Assembly: GCA_050298055.1 (NCBI GenBank)
Contig: JBNKTL010000025.1
Span: forward strand, 11,538 to 75,537
Length of the DNA stretch: 64,000 nucleotides
Direction: 5' to 3'
From: Spirochaetota bacterium
GTDB lineage: Bacteria > Spirochaetota > UBA4802 > UBA5550
Part shown: positions 39,729 to 49,023 of the stretch, piece after piece
Numbering within the stretch: the first letter of the stretch is position 1
How the letters are laid out: each line of letters opens with the position of its first letter
Made by a program: the position numbers and the translations under genes
The notes under the pieces: model-generated
Database searches by the model: none
Seen by the model: the letters and a program-made list of their open reading frames with translations, nothing else
What the model was told of the DNA's origin: nothing

Positions 39729-40278
39729 ATCACCCTGCAGCTGCGGCAGCTGCGCAATTACCGAAAAAGCAGGCAGTAAATACGGCTATCCCTATAGAAT
39801 GAGCCTTGAGCTGAAAGAGAGCGGACTGCATTACGGGTTTATTATCATTCTCATTATTCTGGGAACAGTATTAACAGGTCTTTCCGCCGGCCCGTTGTGG
39901 CTCCCGGCTGTTCCTCTTCTTTCCTTTCTCATCACATATATCCTGAATTCATTTACCTTCTGCGCCACCTGTACCTATCACCACAGCGGGGTCAGGTTCT
40001 GCGGCTGTTTTCCCAAATCTGTTTTTTCTTACAAAAGGGAAAAGTCGTGGAGTAAGCTTGACAATATCATCGGGTGGCCGCTGATCATGGGTCTTTTAAC
40101 CGGACCGGTTATCTTTATCCTGAGTCTTTACGGCAATAATACTTACCTGGTAATCTACCTGCTCTATGTTATTTCAGGGGTCCTTCTGCAGGCTGTTGTC
40201 ACCTGTAAAAACTGCAGGCAGAGAGGTGTCTGTTTTCTGGGGATTGCGAGCATGTATTTCAGGGGAGGGGGACATTAG
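39715..40278 (+). CDS. Cys-rich membrane protein
   Basis: About four TM helices with CSCGSC, CATC.Y......CGC and CKNC.....C clusters. Confidence 0.7.
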   Translation: MNSVKSPCSCGSCAITEKAGSKYGYPYRMSLELKESGLHYGFIIILIILGTVLTGLSAGPLWLPAVPLLSFLITYILNSFTFCATCTYHHSGVRFCGCFPKSVFSYKREKSWSKLDNIIGWPLIMGLLTGPVIFILSLYGNNTYLVIYLLYVISGVLLQAVVTCKNCRQRGVCFLGIASMYFRGGGH

Positions 40279-40334
40279 ACCGGTTTTTGTAACCGGTGAA
40301 TGTAATGAAAAACAGTTTCCTGAAAAGCCGGTCC

Positions 40335-41288
40335 TCAAATTCCTTTCAGGAGATTAACTATTTCCTTATCTGAATTGGACTTTGCAATTTCAAGAGCCGT
40401 AAGGTTATTGTTGTCGGTCATTTCTGCATTTGCGCCATATTCCAGCAGTATTTTAACAAGTTCGGTTCTTTTCCTTACAACAGCGTTGTGCAGTGCTGAT
40501 CGACCGCGATAGTCAATACTGTTTATGTCAACACCTGCCTTGAGTAACATTTCCACCAGGGAAATTAATGCTGTCTCGTGGGCGGTTTTTGACAAACAGG
40601 CAAAATGGAGAGATGTCATGTCTAATTCAGACTTGTGGTGAATATCCGCTTTTGAATCCAGTAATAATTTTACGAGATCATTCCATCCTCCACCGGCTGC
40701 ATACATAAGGGGAGAAATTCCCTGGTTTCCCTTTGCGTTAACATTGGCCCCTGCTTTTATCAATTGCTTAACAACATCTTTTAAACCAAACTTCGATGCC
40801 TTATGGAGAGGTGTGTCGCCATGTTCATCAGGAATATCCGGATTTGCCCCGTTTTCCAGGAGTACCGGTATGATTCTCAGTGAGTCAGGTGAATCTTCGG
40901 CCCTGCTTGTAACCAGAAACAGCGCAGTTTCATTTTCACTGTTTACATGATCAACATCGGCCCCGGCATGGATGAGCAATGTACAACTGGCAATATTTCC
41001 ATAAAGGGCCGCGTATAAGAGGGGGGTGAAGCCATCCTGATCACTTGAATTTACCGGTGACCCTTTTTCTATCAGAAGTTTTACAATATCCTGGCTTTCT
41101 TCATTGCAGCATGCGGCAATGAGTGGATTGGAGCCGTCATCCCCGGTTACGTTAACATCTGTATTGAGTGCCAGTAATGCCCGCACACCCGGGAGATCTC
41201 CCTGATCACAACACATCAACAGTGCTTCTTCCCGTTCTTTAACAGAGTAATTTTCTCTGTAATTGTTTATGGTTTCTTCAGGATTCAT
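40335..41288 (-). CDS. Cytoplasmic ankyrin repeat protein
   Basis: Tandem G.TPL..A...LL..GA.VN repeats across the protein. Confidence 0.92.
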   Translation of the reverse strand: MNPEETINNYRENYSVKEREEALLMCCDQGDLPGVRALLALNTDVNVTGDDGSNPLIAACCNEESQDIVKLLIEKGSPVNSSDQDGFTPLLYAALYGNIASCTLLIHAGADVDHVNSENETALFLVTSRAEDSPDSLRIIPVLLENGANPDIPDEHGDTPLHKASKFGLKDVVKQLIKAGANVNAKGNQGISPLMYAAGGGWNDLVKLLLDSKADIHHKSELDMTSLHFACLSKTAHETALISLVEMLLKAGVDINSIDYRGRSALHNAVVRKRTELVKILLEYGANAEMTDNNNLTALEIAKSNSDKEIVNLLKGI

Positions 41289-41558
41289 ACGTTGATGTTT
41301 TTATCTTTTTCCCGAGTTCTGAAGCAAGGACATATAGCTGAACAGTTGCCGGGTATTTTATTAATATGTAAATCTCATGACTTCCTGTCAATAAAAATAA
41401 CTGTGGCTTGTCCGGTTATCCGTAGGTTTCGGGATTTCTGAAGAGAGGGACTTCTGGTGTGAGAAAATTATTTACACTGACTCATATAAAATTTACAATG
41501 ACCCATTGATCTTATCAGGAAACAGTAACAGAAAAACAAATCTACAATTCAGGATGGC

Positions 41559-44540
41559 ATGATGAAAATATACCTGGTTTTTAAAGATGAAAAATCCTCA
41601 AAATTCTGGCAGATCGAAGTTAAGGGGAAAAAACACACGGTTACCTTTGGTAAAACCGGGACAAAAGGACAATCGAAGGATAAAGAATTTAACTCGAAAA
41701 AGGAAGCCGAAGAAGATGCGGAAAAACTGATCACACAAAAATTAAAAAAGGGGTATGAGAAAATATCCGCTCCCGGAAAGACCGGTGTTGTATCTGAAAA
41801 GAAAACGAAAAAAGCCACTGTAAAAAAAACGGCTGCAAAGATCAAAGCTGACGGAGGTAAAGGGGAGAAGAAAGCAGCCAAAAAGACGGTCAAAAAGACT
41901 GTGAAAAAGGTTGTTAAAAAAGCTGTGAAAAAAGCAGCTCTAAAGAGTGTGAAAAAGACGGTAAAAAAAACAGTGAAAAGGAAAACGGCATCCGGTGAAG
42001 ATAAAAAATCTCTTAAAATATATGATCATATCTTAAATGCCGGGGACCTGAAACAGGCCCTTGTTGAACATTTCTCTTTTCTCGCGGATAATAAGGGATT
42101 TGAACCGGTGCTTGAAGCAGTGATGGCCCGGGCCCATGAGGTAAATCTTGAGGGAGTAACTCTGCAGGTTGAATTCCCCGGGAGAAAGACCCTTGTCTGC
42201 TCGCCCCCGGCAGACCCCGGTGATTATGCGGCCTGGCCCAAATCATTTCAGAATATCGTAAAGCATCATGAGACACTTGCCTATCCCGAAACCGGCTGGA
42301 GCCTGAACCTGGGGGATGTGGGCAATTTTGAAGTTGAGTTTCTGGAGGACGCGGATTCGGAGCTTCTGGAATATGTCGATGACCCGTCGGATATCCTCTG
42401 CCCCATTACCGATTACTCCGACTGGTGGCTTTACCATCCCTCTGAGGTGAACCCTGCGGGGGAACCGGCTCTCTGTTTTTTCAGCCATGAAGGGGGGGAT
42501 ATTGAAGATCCCGTCAACTACAACGCGGGCTCTTACTTTCTCATGCGGATAGCCGGAGACCTGGGGTGTGAAACGGTGATACCGGAGATAAAAGGGAGCG
42601 TTCCGGATGCCGATGAGCTTCTCGCGTGGTATGGTGGACTGGAACCGGCATGGCAGGAGGTCATACGGAGAGAAACGGACTCGGAAGATCCCGGCGTGCA
42701 TATCCTCCACAGGCTTCTCAAAACCAGGGAGATCCATGTCGGAGATTCTGAAATCGATTCCCTCAAGCCCCTGGAAAAATTTACCCGGCTTGAGGAGCTT
42801 ACCGCTTTTAATAGTCCCGTAACTTCACTTGAGGGGACCTCCCATTTAAAAGGACTCAAAAAGCTTAAGCTGGACAATACAAAGATTACGGATTTCACTC
42901 TTCTCGAAAATTTTCCCCGGCTGCAAAAGCTCTCCCTGGATAAATGCGCCTTGAGTTCCGTCACGGATCTGCCGCTGCTGCCCGTTCTCAGGGAGCTGGA
43001 AATAAATAATACGGGTATACGGGACCTCGGCGGGGTGGAAAGGTTCAAAAAGCTGGAGGCGTTGGAGTTTGATAATACCGGGGTTTCAAGCATGGAACCC
43101 CTGAGATCTCTGAAGGGGATCAATCATGTAAGCTTCTCCCATACATCCGTCAGCGACCTCTCCCCTCTTTACGGGAAAAAGGAGATGCATGCCCTAGTGT
43201 GCCAGAACGCCCCTGTTCCGTTAGTAGAGCTTTTAAATTTTAATGCCTCAATTGTTGAGGGTGAGAATGATGAGTTGATTCCCTTCTTCGGGTTGGTCCT
43301 TTTTGCGGATGCCACGGAAGATGACAAAATCCTCAGAGAGGGAATTACCGGTCTGCCCCGGCTTAACGGGGAACAATGCGATATCCTGGGAAAGCTGGTA
43401 AACGAGAGGCTCGTATCCCGGTTGAAAAAAGAGGAATATGAGGAGGCGATAGATCTTTTAGAGGCCTTCCTGGATCTGCCGGCCATTGAGCTCTCTGAGA
43501 ATATCCGGGCTGAGCTCGGGGGAAACTCCATGATTCTTGTCATTAACTTCACGGGGAAAGACCTCGCCGAAAAGGTTTTTTCGCGGCTGGTCCCGGAAGA
43601 GGTAAAAGAAAAGCGCCTTGCCTATAACCTGGCATGCTGGTACGCGGGGGAAAAGGAGAAGGAGCAAATGCTCAGGTTTACAAAGACCGCGCTGGAACTG
43701 GGGTTCGAAACAGAGCGGTTCGGTGAGAAGGATTTTGACAATTTCAGGGAGGACCCTGATTTTATTGAACTCATATCAAAACCGCAAGTCCCCGATCCCA
43801 GGGTAGATCCGGAGAAATGGTTCAGCCTGTTGAACGAGGAAACCCGGGAGTGCCTTATCTGGAAAGCCGGGAACGGTAATGAACCGGATTTTAAAAAGAT
43901 CCTGGATCTTGAAGAGCTTCACGGCCTTCGGGATGTCACGTCCCTGGAGCCCTTTCGGTACCTGACAAAGCTTAAAAAACTGAGTGTCGAATACAGTTCT
44001 TATTCCAGTATCGAACCGCTGAAGGACCTGGTGAACCTTGAAGAACTGAAACTGACGGGGGAACATTATACGGACAATAAAAAAATCGTCAATATAGAAC
44101 CCCTTGCGAACCTGACGAAGCTGCGGGAGCTGGTTGTTACCAATCAGAAAGTCGATGATATCGGCCCGTTGAAAAATCTGAAAAATCTCAGGACCCTGGA
44201 TCTCACTGCCAACAATATAACTGACATTACCCCCCTGGGGGGACTTGTGAAGCTGGAGGATTTGAGTCTCCGCGGAAACAGGATCGGGGATCTTCATCTT
44301 ATCGCAGACCTGAAGGAGTTAACCCGGCTGGATGTTATTCTCCCCGGGAATTCCGATTTTGAATTTATCCGGGGGTTGAAAAAACTGACAAATCTCTGGG
44401 CGGGAGACGCTGTCACCTCACTGGAGCCCTTTGAGGACCTTCCGGATTTGACCTATCTCTGTCTTTCAGGGAGGAAAATTGATCCCGGGGAGGCTGAGGA
44501 CTTTCAGAAGCGGCATCCCCATTGTGATTTGGAGATATAG
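41559..44540 (+). CDS. WGR domain / Lys-rich linker / SMI1-KNR4-like / leucine-rich repeat multidomain protein
   Basis: SSKFWQI....TFGKTGTKGQ...K.KKGY (WGR); KKTVKK repeats; WP.SF..IV.HH...FSHE; internalin-type LRRs; AYNLACWYA TPR-like helix pair. Confidence 0.85.
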   Translation: MMKIYLVFKDEKSSKFWQIEVKGKKHTVTFGKTGTKGQSKDKEFNSKKEAEEDAEKLITQKLKKGYEKISAPGKTGVVSEKKTKKATVKKTAAKIKADGGKGEKKAAKKTVKKTVKKVVKKAVKKAALKSVKKTVKKTVKRKTASGEDKKSLKIYDHILNAGDLKQALVEHFSFLADNKGFEPVLEAVMARAHEVNLEGVTLQVEFPGRKTLVCSPPADPGDYAAWPKSFQNIVKHHETLAYPETGWSLNLGDVGNFEVEFLEDADSELLEYVDDPSDILCPITDYSDWWLYHPSEVNPAGEPALCFFSHEGGDIEDPVNYNAGSYFLMRIAGDLGCETVIPEIKGSVPDADELLAWYGGLEPAWQEVIRRETDSEDPGVHILHRLLKTREIHVGDSEIDSLKPLEKFTRLEELTAFNSPVTSLEGTSHLKGLKKLKLDNTKITDFTLLENFPRLQKLSLDKCALSSVTDLPLLPVLRELEINNTGIRDLGGVERFKKLEALEFDNTGVSSMEPLRSLKGINHVSFSHTSVSDLSPLYGKKEMHALVCQNAPVPLVELLNFNASIVEGENDELIPFFGLVLFADATEDDKILREGITGLPRLNGEQCDILGKLVNERLVSRLKKEEYEEAIDLLEAFLDLPAIELSENIRAELGGNSMILVINFTGKDLAEKVFSRLVPEEVKEKRLAYNLACWYAGEKEKEQMLRFTKTALELGFETERFGEKDFDNFREDPDFIELISKPQVPDPRVDPEKWFSLLNEETRECLIWKAGNGNEPDFKKILDLEELHGLRDVTSLEPFRYLTKLKKLSVEYSSYSSIEPLKDLVNLEELKLTGEHYTDNKKIVNIEPLANLTKLRELVVTNQKVDDIGPLKNLKNLRTLDLTANNITDITPLGGLVKLEDLSLRGNRIGDLHLIADLKELTRLDVILPGNSDFEFIRGLKKLTNLWAGDAVTSLEPFEDLPDLTYLCLSGRKIDPGEAEDFQKRHPHCDLEI
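41880..41980 (+). repeat. Coding tandem repeat with 12-nt period (KKxV units)
   Basis: AAAAAGACGGTC AAAAAGACTGTG AAAAAGGTTGTT AAAAAAGCTGTG and further units. Confidence 0.75.
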
Positions 44541-44609
44541 CGTCGGTTACCTTTAGATTGCGGGGAAAAATCAAAAAATTTCACTCTTTCCGGAATATGA
44601 GGAAAGGGT

Positions 44610-44822
44610 ATGAGACAGGATTTATCAGGATTGGATTTGCTGGCAGTAAAAATACAAACATCTTCGTCAGTTGTTCTCCCATCCGAAAATAACAAAGCGG
44701 TGGATTTTTTGTTGAATAGTGGTTTTTCTGAAATAAGAAAAGCAAGGCGTATGATTTTTGGAAAAGGATTCAAATGGGAACCTCAATCTATCTACAGCAG
44801 AATTGGCGGGTATCTGGGATAA
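44610..44822 (+). pseudogene. Probable C-terminal remnant of a tandem GNAT acetyltransferase
   Basis: P.EN..A..FL...GF......RM..G....W.P..IYSRIGG.LG resembles a GNAT C-terminus; the N-terminal part is missing. Confidence 0.5.
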
Positions 44823-44896
44823 ATAACTGCTCTTTAAGCGAATTACTGCGAGATCTGAAAATAATAATCAGGAAAGATGCCGCCTGCACAACTTCC

Positions 44897-45754
44897 TTAC
44901 TCCTGACCGGTTTTTTGTAATTCCTGTATCTGGTACTGTTTCGGGGTCAGGCCGAACCTGTTGGTGAACAGCTTGATAAAATGTGAGATGCTGTCGTACC
45001 CGAGATCAAAGGAGGTCTCTGTTACCGAATGATGTTTCAGTATTTCTTTTGCTTTGTTGAGTTTGATACAGGTAAAATAAGCATTAGGAGACATCCCGGT
45101 TATTTTCTTAAATTTCATTGAAAAGAGGGCGGGAGACATATAAAGGGAGGAAGCGATCTCCCTGATGTTGAGGTTTTCCCGGTAATTGTTCTTCATGATC
45201 CGAATCGCTTTTGAGACCGGGTTTCCGGGGTTTTGATGAAGAAAGCCTTTCGCCCCGGCGGAACTCAGGATCTTAAAAACCATCTCCTGGCCGTATAGGT
45301 CGACCAGGAACTCCTTTCCGGAGTTGTTTGAAAGGGCGGTCCAGGAAATTTTGTCCAGGTCTGTCCTGATGAGCTCCGTGTTTTCCCTGAAAACAAATTC
45401 AACTTTTTTATCTATGGGGATATTGTTAATTTCAAGATCATCACAGACCTTGTTGCTGATGGTCTCGATCAGCTTATCGCTCACTTCAAAAACAAGGCAG
45501 TTAGTGGGAACGGACATTTCCATTGAAACCCGGGATTCCGGGGGGAGGATAATAAACTGGTCTTTGTCATAGGTAAAACCTTCCCTCCGGTCAATTTCCA
45601 CGGTTTTTTCGCCGCGGAGTACCGTACAGATCCTGTAATACTCGTATGAATAATACCAGTCCTTGTAGTAGTGAGGAAAGTCATAGTAGAGAACTCTCAT
45701 GTGCTCGGTCTCAAGACCTTCCGCAAATTCAATTTTTCTATCGAAGCAGTCCAT
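44897..45754 (-). CDS. AraC family transcriptional regulator (AraC_N type), divergent from aor
   Basis: C.VLRGEK.V cupin-like N-terminus; IASSLYMS..F..KFKKITGMSP...LGYDSISHF...F...FGLTP. Confidence 0.92.
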   Translation of the reverse strand: MDCFDRKIEFAEGLETEHMRVLYYDFPHYYKDWYYSYEYYRICTVLRGEKTVEIDRREGFTYDKDQFIILPPESRVSMEMSVPTNCLVFEVSDKLIETISNKVCDDLEINNIPIDKKVEFVFRENTELIRTDLDKISWTALSNNSGKEFLVDLYGQEMVFKILSSAGAKGFLHQNPGNPVSKAIRIMKNNYRENLNIREIASSLYMSPALFSMKFKKITGMSPNAYFTCIKLNKAKEILKHHSVTETSFDLGYDSISHFIKLFTNRFGLTPKQYQIQELQKTGQE

Positions 45755-46014
45755 GTGGATAATCAGGATTTGCGGTCACCATGACCGGTGACAAAAAAAT
45801 CAATTATTTAATATTGTGTTACTTTTTTTAATTATGAATTAGATTAACTTTTCTTCTTTTTTTATTATTGGAGAGAGTAACTGGATTTAATCAATGAAAA
45901 AAATTAATTTTATCAATAATTCTTTTAAAAAAAATTACTCAAAGCCCGGCTATGTTAGTATTTGTAAAAATTTGTAATTTTTCAGACATATAATTTTATT
46001 TTAAGGAGGATACT

Positions 46015-47757
46015 ATGGATAAAATATTGAGAGTTAATATGGGAGCGAAAGACGGCCCGGAGATAAAGACGGAAAATCCCGGTCCCTATGCCGGACTGGG
46101 AGGACGGGCCATGACCACATCCGTCATTTCGGCCGAAGTTCCTCCGCTCTGCCATCCCCTTGGTGCGGAAAACAAGCTGGTTATTGCGCCGGGACTTTTG
46201 AGCGGGACTTCCGCGTCAATGTCCGGACGCCTTTCGGTGGGATGCAAAAGCCCCCTTACGGGAGGCATCAAGGAAGCGAACTCCGGGGGACAGGGGGCGC
46301 ATACTCTTGCCCGTCTCGGTTACGCGGCCATTGTTCTTGAAGGTGTTCCCCGGGGGGATGATCTCTATAAAATGTTCATCAATAAAGACGGGGTAAAAAT
46401 CGAAAAGGACAACAGCCTGAAACTGCTGACAAACTATGACCTTGTGGACAAAATGAAAAAAGAATACGGGGATAAAATAACCTGCATCTCAATAGGCCCC
46501 GCCGGAGAGATGAAGCTGGGGGCCGCATCTATTGCCGTCACGGACCTGGAACTTCGTCCCACGCGCCATGCCGGCCGCGGAGGCGTTGGAGCGGTCATGG
46601 GGGCAAAAAGGCTCAAAGTTATCGTCATGGACGACAGCGGGGCAAAGAACAGGGAACCGAAGGACCTGGAGAAATTCAGGGAGGCGAATAAAAAATGGGT
46701 GGAAGGCCTTAACAATCACGCGGTCACCGGCCAGGCATTGCCCGCTTACGGTACAAATGTCCTTACGAACATCATAAACGAAGCCGGGGGATATCCCACC
46801 TGCAATTTCAGTGAAGGACAGTTCGAGGGGGCCGCGAAAATAAGCGGTGAAACATTTGCCGAAATGGAAGAGAGCCGCGGAGGAAAAGGAAGCGCCACGC
46901 ACCCGTGCCACCGGGGTTGTGTGATCAAATGTTCAGGGACATATTATGACAATAAAGGGAACTTCGTTTCCAAGCAGCCTGAGTATGAAACCGTCTGGGC
47001 CCACGGCGGGAACTGCGGGATAGATGATCCCGATGCCATCGCGCAGCTGGATTTCCTTGACGATACATACGGTATTGATACCATTGAAATGGGAGCGACC
47101 ATAGGCGTGGCAATGCAGGCCGGTATCGCCGAATTTGGTGACGCGGAAGCTGCCATCGACCTTGTCAGGGAGGTCGGCAAGGGGACTCCCCTGGGCAAAA
47201 TACTGGGAAGCGGGGCGGCGGTGACCGGAAAAGTTTTCGGTGTGGAGAAAGTCCCGGTTGTGAAAGGCCAGGCGCTTCCGGCATATGATCCGCGTTCAAT
47301 TCAGGGTATCGGGGTAACTTACGCAACCAGTACCATGGGGGCGGACCATACGGCGGGATACGCTATCGCAACCAACATATTAAAGAGCGGAGGTTTTGTT
47401 GATCCTTTAAAAACAGAAGGGCAGACCGATCTTTCGCGCAACCTGCAGATAGCAACTGCGGCTATTGATTCCACAGGGATGTGTCTTTTTATCGCTTTTG
47501 CTATTCTTGATCAGCCCGAGACTTTCCAGGCTCTGCTGGATTTACTGAACTCCTGTTACGGGTTATCGCTTACAGGGGATGATGTAACTGAGCTTGGGAA
47601 AAAGGTCCTTAAAATGGAAAGGGACTTTAACAAAGAAGCCGGATTTACCAGGGAACATGACAGGCTTCCGCGGTTCTTTTCCCGGGAGCCCCTGAAGCCT
47701 CATAATTTAACTTTTATGGTTGAAGATTCGGAGCTTGATTCTGTATACAACTGGTAA
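46015..47757 (+). CDS. aor: Tungsten-type aldehyde:ferredoxin oxidoreductase
   Basis: ILRVN, KSPLTGGIKEANSGG, GRGGVGAVMG.K.LK, CHRGCVIKC, PEYET, D.YGIDTI, PAYDPR, GADH, DSTGMC. Confidence 0.95.
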   Translation: MDKILRVNMGAKDGPEIKTENPGPYAGLGGRAMTTSVISAEVPPLCHPLGAENKLVIAPGLLSGTSASMSGRLSVGCKSPLTGGIKEANSGGQGAHTLARLGYAAIVLEGVPRGDDLYKMFINKDGVKIEKDNSLKLLTNYDLVDKMKKEYGDKITCISIGPAGEMKLGAASIAVTDLELRPTRHAGRGGVGAVMGAKRLKVIVMDDSGAKNREPKDLEKFREANKKWVEGLNNHAVTGQALPAYGTNVLTNIINEAGGYPTCNFSEGQFEGAAKISGETFAEMEESRGGKGSATHPCHRGCVIKCSGTYYDNKGNFVSKQPEYETVWAHGGNCGIDDPDAIAQLDFLDDTYGIDTIEMGATIGVAMQAGIAEFGDAEAAIDLVREVGKGTPLGKILGSGAAVTGKVFGVEKVPVVKGQALPAYDPRSIQGIGVTYATSTMGADHTAGYAIATNILKSGGFVDPLKTEGQTDLSRNLQIATAAIDSTGMCLFIAFAILDQPETFQALLDLLNSCYGLSLTGDDVTELGKKVLKMERDFNKEAGFTREHDRLPRFFSREPLKPHNLTFMVEDSELDSVYNW

Positions 47758-47771
47758 TTTATTCCGGATGC

Positions 47772-47809
47772 TGTGCCCGTGAAAAGGGATAGTCGATTCA
47801 TGGGCACAG
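47772..47809. other. Intercistronic stem-loop between aor and moaD
   Basis: CTGTGCCCGTGAA-N12-TTCATGGGCACAG; no U-tract. Confidence 0.5.
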
Positions 47810-47828
47810 TCATTAATGAGATATTTTT

Positions 47829-48053
47829 ATGACGGTTACAGTAAAACTTTTTGCCACTTTAAGGGACGGGCGGTTTGACAGCAGATCCATGGAATTTCCC
47901 CGGAATACCACGGTGCTTGAAGTAATCAATAAACTCAAAATAGATGAAAAGGACGCGGCTATTGTTTTTATTAATAGTCAACATGTAGAATTTCACAGGG
48001 TTTTACAGGAAGGCGATATACTTGGAATATTTCCCCCGGTGGGAGGCGGTTAA
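47829..48053 (+). CDS. moaD: MoaD/ThiS family sulfur carrier
   Basis: VKLFATLR...L.EGD...IFPPVGGG C-terminal GG. Confidence 0.9.
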   Translation: MTVTVKLFATLRDGRFDSRSMEFPRNTTVLEVINKLKIDEKDAAIVFINSQHVEFHRVLQEGDILGIFPPVGGG

Positions 48054-48368
48054 ACCGGGTGTACTTTTCTTATCCATAGCTCTTAAATTTTATTTGAGAG
48101 TAGATTATCTGCTCTATATACTGTTCCCTTTTTTTTTGTTTATGGATATGGCCTTTCAACAATTATATGATTAAATGCAAAAGGGATTGAACGGCTATTG
48201 AGTTCCATTTGCAAACCTGATACCAGGAGACTTACAATATTTGCCTCGACATTTCCCGAATGCTGATGGCTGGATAATATTAATTCTGGAAGCTTGAAAA
48301 ATGCATTTTCAATTAGCATTGTATAAACGATTTCCTTGTAGTTTAATTATAAACCGGTATTTCATCTA

Positions 48369-48938
48369 CTACCCCTGAACCTCCCCGTACCTGAAACAGT
48401 CCGTGGTATGGTCATTGACCATCCCCGTTGCCTGCATATGGGCGTAAACGATGGTTGAACCCACGAATTTGAATCCTCTCTTCTTCAAATCCCTGCTGAT
48501 CCTGTCCGATAATTCGGTCTTTGCGGGAATCTCGGATATTGATTTGAACCTGTTTATCACAGGTTTCCCCCCGGTAAAAGCCCAGATATACCTGCCGAAG
48601 GAACCGAATTCCTCCCGGACCCGGATAAAAGCCCGGGCATTGGTTTTTGCGGCGTTTACTTTCAGCTTATTACGGATGATACCCTCGTCCAGGAGAAGTG
48701 CATCGATTTTCTTTTGGTCGTATTCCGCGATTATGTTATAGTCAAAATGATCAAATGCCCGGCGAAAGTTCTCCCGTTTTTTCAGGATAGTGAGCCAGCT
48801 GAGCCCGGCCTGAAATCCTTCGAGGATCAGAAACTCAAAGATGGTTTTGTCATCGTAGACGGGAACTCCCCACTCTTCATCGTGGTACCTGTGGTAAAGA
48901 GGATTTGAATCCGCCCACTGGCATCGTATTTTACTCAT
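48369..48938 (-). CDS. tag: DNA-3-methyladenine glycosylase I
   Basis: RC.W, YHDEEWG, LEGFQAGLSW, IIRN, GFKFVG, NDH...C. Confidence 0.96.
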   Translation of the reverse strand: MSKIRCQWADSNPLYHRYHDEEWGVPVYDDKTIFEFLILEGFQAGLSWLTILKKRENFRRAFDHFDYNIIAEYDQKKIDALLLDEGIIRNKLKVNAAKTNARAFIRVREEFGSFGRYIWAFTGGKPVINRFKSISEIPAKTELSDRISRDLKKRGFKFVGSTIVYAHMQATGMVNDHTTDCFRYGEVQG

Positions 48939-49023
48939 TGTAATTCACTCAAAAAGGACCCTGATAAAAAAAATGTCGGGGCTGCCTGATCTTCACAGGC
49001 AGATAATTTTACAGAGCGCCCGC

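Noticed and set aside
41880..41980. Tandem repeat as a possible CRISPR array
   Set aside because: 12-nt in-frame coding repeat without spacers; no cas genes.
48160..48290. Possible decayed gene fragment (QETYNICLDISRML) after moaD
   Set aside because: Too short and interrupted by stops to assign.
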